Positions 35,228-45,002 of a stretch of 64,000 nt of DNA are shown here, piece by piece. The notes under the pieces are model-generated. The model saw nothing but the letters and a program-made list of their open reading frames with translations, made no database searches and was not told where the DNA came from. The stretch comes from Thermoanaerobaculia bacterium. Its GTDB lineage: Bacteria > Acidobacteriota > Thermoanaerobaculia > Multivoradales > UBA5704. Position 1 is the first letter of the stretch. Every line of letters begins with the position of its first letter. The position numbers and the translations under genes are program-made. The stretch spans positions 3,737 to 67,736 of the forward strand of contig DATMER010000074.1 of assembly GCA_035556715.1 (NCBI GenBank). Direction: 5' to 3'.

Positions 35228-36634
35228 ATGTACACACGAAAACTGCCGCCGGTTCTCACACTGGCCTTGGCCCTGATGACCGGGACTCAGGGGCTCGCCG
35301 CGGCGACCCTCAAGGTGACGCCGCCAGAGCTGAAGATCCGGCAGCACCAGCTCGCCAACGGGCTGAAGATCGTCCTCCACGAGGACCGCTCGGTCCCGGT
35401 CGCCAACGTCCAGGTCTGGTACCACGTCGGCTCGAAGGACGAGCGCCAGGGGCGGAGCGGCTTCGCGCACCTGTTCGAGCACATCATGTTCAAGGGCTCG
35501 GCCAACGTGGAGCCCGAGGAGCACATCAACTTCATCAGCTCCATCGGCGGGCGCTTCAACGCGACCACGGACTTCGACCGCACGCTCTACTTCCAGACCT
35601 TCCCCAGCCAGTACCTGGAGCGGATGCTCTGGATGGAGGCCGACCGCATGCGCTCGCTGGACGTGTCGGAGGAGAACTTCCTCTCCGAGCGCGACGTGGT
35701 CAAGGAGGAGCGGCGGCTCCGGATCGAGACCCCGCCCTTCGGCCGGCTCTTCGAGGTGGTGCTCGACAAGACCTTCACCGCCCATCCGTACCGCATCCTC
35801 CCCATCGGCAGCATGGCCGACCTGGAGGCCGCCACGATCGAGGACGTGCGGGAGTTCCACCGCACCTACTACGTGCCCAACAATGCCACGCTCGTGATCT
35901 CCGGCGACTTCCAGTCAGACGAGACGCTGGGCTGGATCGAGAAGCACTTCGGCTCGATCCCCAAGGGGCAGGCGATCCCGCGCAACGTCCCGAAGGAGCC
36001 GGCGCAGACGGCCGAGCGCCGGACAGTCGAGTACGACGCGAACACGCCGCTCCCCGCGGTGATCTTCACGTACCACATGCCCGAGGCCGGGCACCCCGAC
36101 CTCTACGCGCTGCAGGTGGCCGCCAATGTCCTCTCCAACGGCCAGAGCTCGCGGCTCTACCGCAAGATGGTCTACGACCAGCAGATCGCGCTGGAAGCCG
36201 GCGGTCAGACGATCATCCTGGAGGACCCCGGGGTCTTCTTCTTCTTCGCGATCCTGCAGGCCGGCAAGACGGTCGAGGAGGCCGAGAAGGCGCTCGCCGA
36301 GGAGGCGGAGCGGCTGCGCAACGAGCCGGCGCCCCAGGAGGAGCTGGAGAAGGCCAAGAGCCAGATCGTTGCCGGGCAGGTCTTCGAGCGCCAGACCGTG
36401 CAGGACAAGGGCGTGGCCATCGGCTACGCCAGCGTGATCCTGGGCGACGTATCGCGGGTCGACAAGGACCTCGCCGAGTTCCAGAAGGTCACGGCCGCGG
36501 ACGTGCAGCGGGTGGCCCGGACCTACTTCCGGCCGGAGAACCGCACCGTCGTCCACATGCTGCCCGCGGCCATGAAGCCGGGACAGGGTCAGCCCGAAGG
36601 GAAGCCCGAGGGAAAGACGGAGGAGCAGCCATGA
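35228..36634 (+). CDS. M16 family zinc peptidase (active subunit)
   Basis: Inverted zincin motif HLFEHIMFKG (HxxEH); signal peptide; GGGAGG RBS 7 nt before ATG 35228. Confidence 0.85.
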   Translation: MYTRKLPPVLTLALALMTGTQGLAAATLKVTPPELKIRQHQLANGLKIVLHEDRSVPVANVQVWYHVGSKDERQGRSGFAHLFEHIMFKGSANVEPEEHINFISSIGGRFNATTDFDRTLYFQTFPSQYLERMLWMEADRMRSLDVSEENFLSERDVVKEERRLRIETPPFGRLFEVVLDKTFTAHPYRILPIGSMADLEAATIEDVREFHRTYYVPNNATLVISGDFQSDETLGWIEKHFGSIPKGQAIPRNVPKEPAQTAERRTVEYDANTPLPAVIFTYHMPEAGHPDLYALQVAANVLSNGQSSRLYRKMVYDQQIALEAGGQTIILEDPGVFFFFAILQAGKTVEEAEKALAEEAERLRNEPAPQEELEKAKSQIVAGQVFERQTVQDKGVAIGYASVILGDVSRVDKDLAEFQKVTAADVQRVARTYFRPENRTVVHMLPAAMKPGQGQPEGKPEGKTEEQP

Positions 36635-38163
36635 AGATCACCCGATTTGTCCTCTCGCGATTTGCCCTCTCGATAACCGCCCTGGCCCTGCTGACGGGCG
36701 CGGCCTCCGCGCAGGAGGCCAAACCGAAGCAGACCCCTCCCCCGCCCAAGCCGGCCAAGGAGATCCGCTTCCCTGCCTTTGAAGAGAAGACGCTCGCCAA
36801 CGGGCTGCGCCTGGTGGTCATCGAGCAGCACGAGACGCCGTCGCTCTCCGCGCAGCTGCTCTTCCCGGGCGGCAAGGTCCACGCTCCCGCCGGCAAGGCG
36901 GGTCTGGCCGACGCCACCGCCGCTCTGGTCCGGGAAGGGACCACGGCGCGCTCGGCGCAGCAGATCGCCCAGACCATCGATTCGGTGGGCGGTGTGCTGA
37001 CCACGGGCGCGAGCCTGGAGTCGGGCTTCGCCGGGGTGCGCGTGACCTCGGACCAGCTCGACCTGGCGCTCGACCTCCTCTCGGACGTGATCCTGCGCCC
37101 GAGCTTCCCGGCCGAGGAGCTGGAGCGCTGGCGCAACCAGACGCTGAGCGGCCTCCAGATCCAGCAGACGGACCCCGAGTACATCGCGGACGCGGCCTTC
37201 GTGCAGGCCGTCTACGGCGGCCACCCCTACGGGCAGCCGGCCACGGGCACGCCGGAGTCGGTCCAGGGCCTGACGCGGGACGACCTCGCCGCCTTCCACC
37301 GCCGGCAGTACGTGCCCAACGAGTCGATCCTGGCGATCGTCGGCGACGTCAAGGCGGCCGACGCATTCGCCAAGGCGGAGCGCTTCTTCGGCGCCTGGAA
37401 GCGGGGCGAGGAGTCGCGCATCCCCGCGGTCAAGCCAGCGCAGGCGCAGCGCCGGATCGTCATCATCGACAAGCCCGACGCCGTGCAGACGCAGATCCGC
37501 GTCGGCCAGATCGCGATCGGCTACCGCGACCCCGACCACTTCGCCGCGCAGGTCTACGATTCCGTGGTGGGATCGAGCTCCAACTCGCGCCTGTATGAGG
37601 AGGTCCGGCGCAAGCGGGGTTTGTCTTACGGGGCCTTTACGGACCTCCGGCTGCCATCCGAGCCGGGCTGGTTCCTGGCGAACACGTTCACGAAGACCGA
37701 GTCCACGGCCGAGGCCCTGGGGCTGGTGCTGGAGGTGCTCGAAGGCATGGGCAAGACGCCTGTCCCGGCCGAGGAGCTGGAGACGCGCAAGACCTACCTG
37801 ACCGGCGCGTTCCCCCTGGAGATCGAGACGCCGGACGGCATCGCAGGCAAGGTGCTGGAGGCCATGAAGTTCGGCTATGGCCGCGAGTACCTGGAGAGCT
37901 ACCGCGACAAGCTGGGCGCGGTGACTGCCGAGCAGGTGAAGAGCTTCGCCGGGCGCAGGCTCCAGCCGGACCGGATGCTGGTCGTCCTGGTGGGCAACGC
38001 CAAGGCCTTCGCCGCGGACGTCGAGAAGCGCTTCGGAAAAGCGGAGACGATCCCCATCGGCGAGGTGGACCTGCTGCAGCCCGGGCTGCGGAAGAGCCCT
38101 CACCCCCCGGCCCCCTCTCCCGCCTCCCCATCTCCCTCCCCGGGAGAGGGGGAGACTGAATAG
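36631..38163 (+). CDS. M16 family peptidase, non-catalytic partner subunit
   Basis: M16 fold (LANGLRLVVIE...) without HxxEH; start overlaps the upstream gene (ATGA). C-terminal PHPPAPSPASPSPSPGEGETE tail is encoded by palindromic repeat D. Confidence 0.8.
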   Translation: MKITRFVLSRFALSITALALLTGAASAQEAKPKQTPPPPKPAKEIRFPAFEEKTLANGLRLVVIEQHETPSLSAQLLFPGGKVHAPAGKAGLADATAALVREGTTARSAQQIAQTIDSVGGVLTTGASLESGFAGVRVTSDQLDLALDLLSDVILRPSFPAEELERWRNQTLSGLQIQQTDPEYIADAAFVQAVYGGHPYGQPATGTPESVQGLTRDDLAAFHRRQYVPNESILAIVGDVKAADAFAKAERFFGAWKRGEESRIPAVKPAQAQRRIVIIDKPDAVQTQIRVGQIAIGYRDPDHFAAQVYDSVVGSSSNSRLYEEVRRKRGLSYGAFTDLRLPSEPGWFLANTFTKTESTAEALGLVLEVLEGMGKTPVPAEELETRKTYLTGAFPLEIETPDGIAGKVLEAMKFGYGREYLESYRDKLGAVTAEQVKSFAGRRLQPDRMLVVLVGNAKAFAADVEKRFGKAETIPIGEVDLLQPGLRKSPHPPAPSPASPSPSPGEGETE

Positions 38164-38253
38164 CAGCTTTCTCGCCTCAAGAGAGGGTGCGCGGGGGCGC
38201 CCCTCTCCCGGCGAGGGTGGTCGGGGAGGCGGGAGAGGGGACGGGGGTGAGGG
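38097..38253. repeat. Palindromic repeat family, full copy D
   Basis: CCCTCACCCCCCGGCCCCCTCTCCC...GGGAGAGGGGACGGGGGTGAGGG between the convergent M16 and ubiB genes. Confidence 0.7.
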
Positions 38254-38256
38254 CTG

Positions 38257-39939
38257 CTACCGCGGCGGCCTGTTCCGCCACACCCTCCAGTCGTCGTTGA
38301 AGAGGATGCTCAGCACCAGGGCGAAGCCGCAGAAGGCGGCGAGCAGGAAGAGGATCATCGCGAGACCCGGATAGCCGAACAGGGTGAAGGTGGTCCTCAC
38401 CTGCATCAGCAGCGCGGCGCCCACGATCAGGGCGGCCAGCACCAACCCCGAGGCGATCCGGTTCGCGATCTTCTGCAGGTTGTCCATCAACCGGCTCTCG
38501 TCGAAGGCGTTGACCTTGACCTCCAGGCGGTTCCCGGTCAGCGAGTCGAGGAGCGTGTTCAGCCGTCCCGGGAGCTGGTGCACCAGCTCGTACATTTCCA
38601 GGGTCGAGGAGAACAGGTTCGACGGCGACAGCCGCTTCATCATGTGCCGCCGCATGATCGAGTCGCTGTGCCGGCGCACGCTCTCCGTCGGGTTGAACCC
38701 GGGGTCCAGGCTCCGGGAGACGTCGTCCATGTGGAGCAGGGCCCGGCCGAGAATGGTCAGCTCCGGCGCCGGCCGGATGCCGTTCTCCGCGGCCTTGCGC
38801 GACAGCGCCATCACGATCCGGCCGACCTTGATCTGCTCGGCCGAGGCGTCCTGGGCCGCGCCCACCAGGTCGGAGATCTCGCGCTGGAAGCGGGTGTCGT
38901 CCGCGCCCTCCATCCGGGTGCCGATCTGCACCACGATCTCCGCGGCCTGATTGCCGCGGCCGTCGGTCACCGCCAGGATCAGCTTGAGCAGCTTCTCCTG
39001 CATCTGGGGATCGATCCGCGACACCATCCCGAGGTCCAGGAGCGCCAGCCGGCCGTCGCGGGTGATCAGGAGGTTGCCCGGGTGCGGGTCCGCGTGGAAG
39101 AAGCCGTCCACCAGGATCTGATCGAGGTAGGCCCGGCAGAGATCGTCCGCCAGGGCGCGGCCGTCGAAGTCGATGCGGGAGAGCGGCGACATCTCGGTGA
39201 TCTTGGTGCCCGGGATGTAGTCCATGGTCAGGATGCGGGAAGTCGTGTAATCGTCCACCGGCTGGGGCACGACGATCCGCTCGTAGCGCCGCAGGTTGGA
39301 GCCCAGGGTCACCAGGTTCAGCGCCTCGCGGCGGTAGTCGAGCTCGCGCAGCAGGGTCTTGCGGAACTCCTCCAGCATGTCCTGGAAGGCGAAGCGGCGG
39401 CCGACCTCGGTGTGCTTGTCGATGAAGCCCGCCATCTCGTGGAAGGCCTCGAGGTCCTCCAGGATGATCTGCTGGATGCCCGGGCGCTGCACCTTGACCA
39501 CGACCTCGCGCCCCGTGCGCAGCCGCGCCCGGTGGACCTGGCCCAGGGAGGCCGCGGCCAGCGGCACATTGTCGAAGTCCGCGAAGGCCTTCGAGAGCCG
39601 CACTCCCAGCTCGGAGGAGACGATCTGCTCGACGTCCGCGAAGGGGAAGGGCTCGATGTTGTCCTGCAACCGGGCGAGGGCGTCCAGGTAGGGCTGCGGC
39701 AGGAGGTCGGAGCGGGTCGAGAGGAGCTGCCCGAGCTTGATGAAGGTCGGCCCCAGCTTCTCCAGGTCGCGGGCGAGCTGCTCGGGATCGCCGGAGACCG
39801 CTTCCGAGGACGCGCTGTCATCCTGCGGCAGGTTCTCATCCATCTGGATGGCCTGCGCAAGATCGGCCCGCCCGTGCTTGATCAGCAGCGCGGCGATGTC
39901 CTTGTACCGTTTCAGATGATAGGTCTTCAGAGCGATCAT
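38257..39939 (-). CDS. ubiB: UbiB/ABC1-family atypical kinase
   Basis: KLGQLLSTR, VKVQRPG, HADPHPGNLL and LDLGMV motifs; two C-terminal TM helices. Start taken at MIALKT (39939), not the upstream ORF extension. Confidence 0.85.
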   Translation of the reverse strand: MIALKTYHLKRYKDIAALLIKHGRADLAQAIQMDENLPQDDSASSEAVSGDPEQLARDLEKLGPTFIKLGQLLSTRSDLLPQPYLDALARLQDNIEPFPFADVEQIVSSELGVRLSKAFADFDNVPLAAASLGQVHRARLRTGREVVVKVQRPGIQQIILEDLEAFHEMAGFIDKHTEVGRRFAFQDMLEEFRKTLLRELDYRREALNLVTLGSNLRRYERIVVPQPVDDYTTSRILTMDYIPGTKITEMSPLSRIDFDGRALADDLCRAYLDQILVDGFFHADPHPGNLLITRDGRLALLDLGMVSRIDPQMQEKLLKLILAVTDGRGNQAAEIVVQIGTRMEGADDTRFQREISDLVGAAQDASAEQIKVGRIVMALSRKAAENGIRPAPELTILGRALLHMDDVSRSLDPGFNPTESVRRHSDSIMRRHMMKRLSPSNLFSSTLEMYELVHQLPGRLNTLLDSLTGNRLEVKVNAFDESRLMDNLQKIANRIASGLVLAALIVGAALLMQVRTTFTLFGYPGLAMILFLLAAFCGFALVLSILFNDDWRVWRNRPPR

Positions 39940-40039
39940 CGGTTCTCCGGTCTCCGCAAAACTGCGATCTGGGATTTTGCAATGGGTGTGCCACGGCTCT
40001 CCGGGTAACATCCGCAGCGCTGTAGCGTTCTGATAAGAC

Positions 40040-41671
40040 ATGACTCGCTACGCCAAAATCCTGGTCCTGTTCCTCCTCCTTGCGGCCCCGGCCCTGGCCC
40101 GCCGCGAGAAGCTTGCCCTGCGCGCCGACAGCCTGGAGCTGCCCGGCGCCCCCTCGGCCGTGGTGGCCGCGGACGTCAACGGCGACGGCCTGCGCGACCT
40201 CACGGTCGTCCTCGCCTTTACCCGCTGGGGGGAGATCGGTATCGAGGAGTCGGTCGAGATGGACGACGTCGAGGGGCTGGTCGAGGTCCTCACGGTCATC
40301 CCCTCCCTGGTGGACCGCCGCGAGCTGCGGCTCTTCCTGGGCCGGCCCGGTGGCGGGTTCGACCCCGCGGCCCGGTCGATGGCGATCGGTCCCTCGGTGC
40401 TGTCTCTGGAAGAGGGTCCTCCGGGCGCTCCGGTCCTGGCGCTCACGGACGAGGGGCTCTCCGCGCTTCGGCTCCGCGGCTCCGATCTCGTCCTGGAGCC
40501 GCTGGTGAGAGAACGTCCGGTGCTCGCCGGCACGGGCACGTTCCTCCCCAACCTCGGGCTGGTGAAGGACCTGGACGGCGACGGCCGGGCCGACGTGCTC
40601 CTCCCCACTGCGGAGGGCGCCTCGGTCTACCTGAGCGGGCCGGACGGGCTCCGGCCCGAGCCCGCGTCCCGCCTGCGCTTCCCCCTGGACGACCTCCAGA
40701 GCGCCGGGCGCGGCAGCCTCTCCCGATTCCATCCGCTCCCCGAGGTGCGGGACGTGGACGGCAACCGCCTCCCCGACCTTGTGCTGCGGCCCGCGGGTGG
40801 CGGATGGACCGGCTTCCGGGTGCTGCGCAACCAGGGCGGCGGGCGCTTCTCCGAAGCTGTATCACCCATGCCAAAGAAGCTCGAAGGCCCCCGGGTGACC
40901 TACTTCGGCGACCTGGACGGCGACGGACGGGCCGAGTACGTGACCGAGGAGGAGAAGGGGCCGGGCGACGACGCCTCGATGCGCCAAGAGATGAAGCACG
41001 CGAAGCGGCCGAAGTTCCGCTTCCGCCTCCACCGCTCGCGCCCCGACCTGGGCATGGAGCCCAAGCCCTTCCAGGAATTCGAAGCCGAGGGCTACGCCTT
41101 CGAAGGCGGCGGGGACGAAGGGGAAGACGGCGTTTTCATCCGGATGCCGGGCAGCGGCATGCAGGACCTGAACGGCGACGGACGGATGGACATGATCGCG
41201 CTGACCCTGGACTTCTCCATGCTGCAGGCGGTCAAGGTCCTCACCGTGCAGCGGATCGGCATCGGGCTCGACTTCCACATCCAGTGCCAGGGCGCGGGAG
41301 GGAAGTTCGCGCCGGTCCGGGGTCTCGACCTGTCGGGCAAGATCAACCTCAATCTGAACAACCTGAAGCTCGGCCAGACCTCGCAGTTCGCGGGCGACTT
41401 CGACGGCGACGGCCGGGCCGACTTCACGCAGATGGGCCGCGGCAAGACGGTGACGATCCATCGCGGCCGGCCGGACTGCTCATACCCCGCGCAGCCGGAC
41501 CTCGCCGTCGAGCTCCGGGAGGCGCCGCGGGACCTCATGCTCGTCCAGGTGAGGGATCTGGACGGCGACGCGCTCGCCGACCTCCTGGTCATCCAGCCAC
41601 AGACGGTCAAGGAGGCGAACGTGACTCCGCCCGTGCGGCTCGACCTCTATCTGAGCCGGGGTGCAGGATGA
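40040..41671 (+). CDS. Secreted FG-GAP/VCBS-repeat protein
   Basis: Signal peptide; repeated Ca-binding-like DVNGDGLRD / DLDGDGRAD / DFDGDGRAD motifs. Confidence 0.65.
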   Translation: MTRYAKILVLFLLLAAPALARREKLALRADSLELPGAPSAVVAADVNGDGLRDLTVVLAFTRWGEIGIEESVEMDDVEGLVEVLTVIPSLVDRRELRLFLGRPGGGFDPAARSMAIGPSVLSLEEGPPGAPVLALTDEGLSALRLRGSDLVLEPLVRERPVLAGTGTFLPNLGLVKDLDGDGRADVLLPTAEGASVYLSGPDGLRPEPASRLRFPLDDLQSAGRGSLSRFHPLPEVRDVDGNRLPDLVLRPAGGGWTGFRVLRNQGGGRFSEAVSPMPKKLEGPRVTYFGDLDGDGRAEYVTEEEKGPGDDASMRQEMKHAKRPKFRFRLHRSRPDLGMEPKPFQEFEAEGYAFEGGGDEGEDGVFIRMPGSGMQDLNGDGRMDMIALTLDFSMLQAVKVLTVQRIGIGLDFHIQCQGAGGKFAPVRGLDLSGKINLNLNNLKLGQTSQFAGDFDGDGRADFTQMGRGKTVTIHRGRPDCSYPAQPDLAVELREAPRDLMLVQVRDLDGDALADLLVIQPQTVKEANVTPPVRLDLYLSRGAG

Positions 41672-43104
41672 AACGGACGCTGACGAGCCTGGTCCTGCTG
41701 CTCCTCCTGGCCGGAGCGAAGAAGGCCGCCGCCCCTCCCCCGCCGGTCGGTGTGACCGTCACGCGGAGCGGCAACGCGGAGGTCGTCCGCGCCGTGCTGC
41801 CCGGCTACCTCGAGGAAGTCGAGCTCCCCCGGCAGGCGGATGGGAAGCTGGACGTCGTCCTCCTCCTGAACGAGAAGGAACCGGACCCTGAGGACCTGAG
41901 GCGGCGGGAGCGGGACGGCGATCGTTCCGCCGACCCGGAGGACGCCGACAAGGCGCCGCGCTCTCTCCACCGTCTCGACCTCGCGGGCCAGGGCGCTCTC
42001 CGGCCGCTGCTCCAGGAAGTCCCACCTGGCACGCTGGGCGCCCTGGATCTGGACGGCGACGGCGCCGAGGAGGTCCTCCTGTCGACGAAGGATGGTCTCC
42101 GCTCGCTCGGTCCGGCCCACAAGCCGTCGGCTCCGCGGACGGTGCTGGACCTTTCCGGAGACCTGAGCTTCCCTTCCCGCTGGCGGAACGAGGAGATGCC
42201 CGGCGTCCTGGCAGGCGGCTTGGGTAAGGCCCGCGTTTATCTGCCGAACGGCAACGGACTGGCGCCATCCGTCGAGCGCGAGCTGCCGTCCCGGGCCACG
42301 CGCGAGCGCTGGGGCATCCGTCTCACGAGCCCCCGGGTGCGGACGGTGCGCGGGGACAGCCAGCTCCTCGCCGCCGGTCCCGAGGCCGAGGGCAAGCAGC
42401 GCCTCCGCAGCCTCCTGATCGGCGCGGACTCCACCACGGCAATCTGGTCCATCCTCCCCTCTCCCGAAGAGGTGGACACCGCCTGGTACGTGAAGATCGA
42501 CGGCATGCCCTCGCTGATCGTCACGAGCACGGCCGCGGACAAGATCGGGATCTTCGACAGCAAGCGGCTGCGGGTCTTCCCCCTGGTGGCCGACCGCGCC
42601 AGCGCGGGCCGGCGCCCCGTGCTGGCGACCCAGACCACGAGCCACCGCTGGCTTCCGGTCGATCCCGTGGTCATGGACCTGGACCGCGACGGCAAGGACG
42701 ATCTCGTGGTGCTCCAGCTCGACGGCATGGGTGGCGGAGAGGTCATCGCCGAGACCTTCTTCGGCCGGGGCGACGGCCGTTTCGAGACCCCCGGCCGCCG
42801 TCAGAAGTGGGACCTGGAGACCCGGGACTGGTGCTACGGCAAGGACCTGACCGGCGACGGCATCGCCGATCTAGCCCTGGCCGACCGCTGGAGGCTGCTC
42901 GTCTTTCCCGGCACCAAGGACCCCCGGCGCGCGCTCCTGGAGCGGAAGCCGCTGGAGATCCCGCTCAATCTCGGGAAAGGAGAGGACGGCGGCGCGAGGA
43001 GCCTACGGATCGCCGACCTCGACGCCGACGGCCGGAACGAGGCCGTGCTCACCGGCTCCGTGGCCACCGGGGGGGCTGTGGTGGTGGTGGTGCGGTTCCG
43101 GTGA
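41668..43104 (+). CDS. FG-GAP/VCBS-repeat lipoprotein
   Basis: Start overlaps the upstream stop (ATGA); LLAGAKK lipobox-like signal; DLDGDG, DLDRDGKDD, DLTGDGIAD and DLDADGRNE repeats. Confidence 0.65.
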   Translation: MKRTLTSLVLLLLLAGAKKAAAPPPPVGVTVTRSGNAEVVRAVLPGYLEEVELPRQADGKLDVVLLLNEKEPDPEDLRRRERDGDRSADPEDADKAPRSLHRLDLAGQGALRPLLQEVPPGTLGALDLDGDGAEEVLLSTKDGLRSLGPAHKPSAPRTVLDLSGDLSFPSRWRNEEMPGVLAGGLGKARVYLPNGNGLAPSVERELPSRATRERWGIRLTSPRVRTVRGDSQLLAAGPEAEGKQRLRSLLIGADSTTAIWSILPSPEEVDTAWYVKIDGMPSLIVTSTAADKIGIFDSKRLRVFPLVADRASAGRRPVLATQTTSHRWLPVDPVVMDLDRDGKDDLVVLQLDGMGGGEVIAETFFGRGDGRFETPGRRQKWDLETRDWCYGKDLTGDGIADLALADRWRLLVFPGTKDPRRALLERKPLEIPLNLGKGEDGGARSLRIADLDADGRNEAVLTGSVATGGAVVVVVRFR

Positions 43105-44806
43105 GGGCTGGGCGGGAGCAGGCGGACGCCGGCCGCATCTTCTGCCAGTAGTGCGGGATGGGCACCGGCCCCAGCTCCATCATCCCGTCCAGGAACGCCT
43201 TGAGCTGGAAGGATTCGCCCTTCGTCTTGCGGACCTCGTCGTAGAGCCCCTGCGCCTCGCGGTCGCCCAGGTAGTAGAAGGTGAGCTGTGGCGACGAAGT
43301 GATGGCGCGGACCCACATGTTGTTGGCGAACTGATCGTCCTGGAGGGCCTCCTCCCGGACGTAGCGCAGGACCTCGTCGCGGCTCATGTTCCGGGTGTGG
43401 ACGCGAATGTCCACCACGGTGCGGGCGATGTTCTCGAGCTGCTTCTTGAGGTGAGCCAGGCGGTCCAGCGGGCCGCCCCAGCCGAGGTCGAGGAGCAGCC
43501 GCTCCGAGAAGGTCCCCCATCCCTCCACGTAGACGCCGTCCGAGAAGAGCGCCCGCACCTTGCGCGGGTGGCGCGCGGCCCACTTGAGCTGCACGTAGTG
43601 GCCCGGAACCATTTCGTGCGGCGTGATCATGCGGTTGAAGTGGCTGTTGAAGTCGCGGAAGAACGCCGCCTTCTGCTCGGGCGTGGCGCTGTCCGGGACC
43701 GTGGGCAGGTAGAAGAGGGTGTCCGCATCCGGGGCGAAGGGACCCGCGGGATAGACCCCGCCCACGGCCTGGCCGATGAAGAAGGACGGCGAGCGGTCGA
43801 TGTGGAGCGTCGTGGGCTCGGGCAGGGTCATGAGGCCCTTGCTGCGCACGAACTCCAGCGCCTCGGGGACCAACTTGCGGTAGTCGGCCACGAACTCGTC
43901 CATGTCCTTGGCGTGGTCGGCGGCCACGCGCTCGAACAGGCGGCGGAGCAGCTCGCGGTCGTCCGCGGGAGCTTCTCCGGTCATCAAGTCCTTCCACACG
44001 CTCCGTCCATACGCAGCGGCCTCGGTCCTCCGGGCAGCCAGGGCGGCCTCGGCCCCGGCGAGCACGCGCTCCACCGGCTCCTCCACTCCGGTCACCAGCC
44101 GGAAGCGAGCAGCGTAGTCCTTTCCCAGGCGGGGAGAGCCGGTGGCCTTCTTCTGCAGACCGTCCAGGAACGTGGCCAGATCATCGAGAGCGGCTGCGGC
44201 CTGCCGCCCTGCTGCCTTCGCCTCCGGGGTATCCGCAATCTGCGGGAAACCCTCGCGGTAGAACTTCGCCGAGCCACGCAGGATGTTGGCCGCGATGCCA
44301 CAGATCTCAGGAGAGATCCGGGACGGATCGGCAAGCGCCTCCCGCGCCTGGGCCGCGAGCCGGGGGAGCTGCGCAGCCCGCGCAGCGGCCCGCGACAGCC
44401 GCTCGGCCTTGGGCAGGTCGTCGCGGACCAGGAGGAAGACCGTGGCGTCGCCCACGATGCCGGTCCAGAACAGCGGGTCCGTCTGCGGCCGAGCCTGGGT
44501 GCCGTGCTCGAAGACCTCCAGCTCGGCCTGCCGCAGGAGGAGCTCGGCATCGAGACGATCCTCAAAGGAGGTCGAAGGGGCTGTCATGAGCCGGCGGAAG
44601 CCGTCCGCGGCCCCGCGGTTGAAGTTGAGCCAGGACCGGCGGCGCGCCTCTGAAAGGTCCTCCAGGCGGCGGTCCAGGTCATGGCGCCCGGCCGCGGTCG
44701 CCTTGGTCGGGTACATGTCGAAGTAGCGCTCCAGGTAGGCGTCCTGGAAGGTCGTGGCCTGGGCGGGGGCGGCCAGGGCGGCGAGCAGGAGGAGGACGGT
44801 TTTCAT
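43049..44806 (-). CDS. DUF885-family secreted metalloprotein (HExxH)
   Basis: Signal MKTVLLLLAALAAPAQA; HEMVPGH zincin-like motif in the DUF885 context. 3' end overlaps the convergent gene by ~55 nt, so the exact stop is uncertain. Confidence 0.7.
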   Translation of the reverse strand: MKTVLLLLAALAAPAQATTFQDAYLERYFDMYPTKATAAGRHDLDRRLEDLSEARRRSWLNFNRGAADGFRRLMTAPSTSFEDRLDAELLLRQAELEVFEHGTQARPQTDPLFWTGIVGDATVFLLVRDDLPKAERLSRAAARAAQLPRLAAQAREALADPSRISPEICGIAANILRGSAKFYREGFPQIADTPEAKAAGRQAAAALDDLATFLDGLQKKATGSPRLGKDYAARFRLVTGVEEPVERVLAGAEAALAARRTEAAAYGRSVWKDLMTGEAPADDRELLRRLFERVAADHAKDMDEFVADYRKLVPEALEFVRSKGLMTLPEPTTLHIDRSPSFFIGQAVGGVYPAGPFAPDADTLFYLPTVPDSATPEQKAAFFRDFNSHFNRMITPHEMVPGHYVQLKWAARHPRKVRALFSDGVYVEGWGTFSERLLLDLGWGGPLDRLAHLKKQLENIARTVVDIRVHTRNMSRDEVLRYVREEALQDDQFANNMWVRAITSSPQLTFYYLGDREAQGLYDEVRKTKGESFQLKAFLDGMMELGPVPIPHYWQKMRPASACSRPALTGTAPPPPQPPRWPRSR

Positions 44807-44832
44807 GGGCGGGAGGATATCGCGAGGGCGGA

Positions 44833-44998
44833 CCTCACCCCCTGTCCCCCTCTCCCATCTCCCACCCGGCCCCCGCCGGGAGAGGGGGAACGTGGCTGAG
44901 GCCATCTTGCCTTCGCTCAGGCACGACTGCCACAGATACGTCCCCCCTCTCCCGGGGAGGGTAGGGCGGGAGATGGGAGAGGGGGACAGGGGGTGAGG
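44833..44998. repeat. Palindromic repeat family, full copy E
   Basis: Near-identical to copy C (CCTCACCCCCTGTCCCCCTCTCCCATCTCCC...GGGAGAGGGGGACAGGGGGTGAGG). Confidence 0.7.
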
Positions 44999-45002
44999 TC
45001 TC

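Noticed and set aside
33388-35259. 623-aa minus-strand ORF
   Set aside because: It is antisense to the M28 peptidase gene (clear zinc-ligand motifs on the plus strand) and runs through the tRNA-Leu gene.
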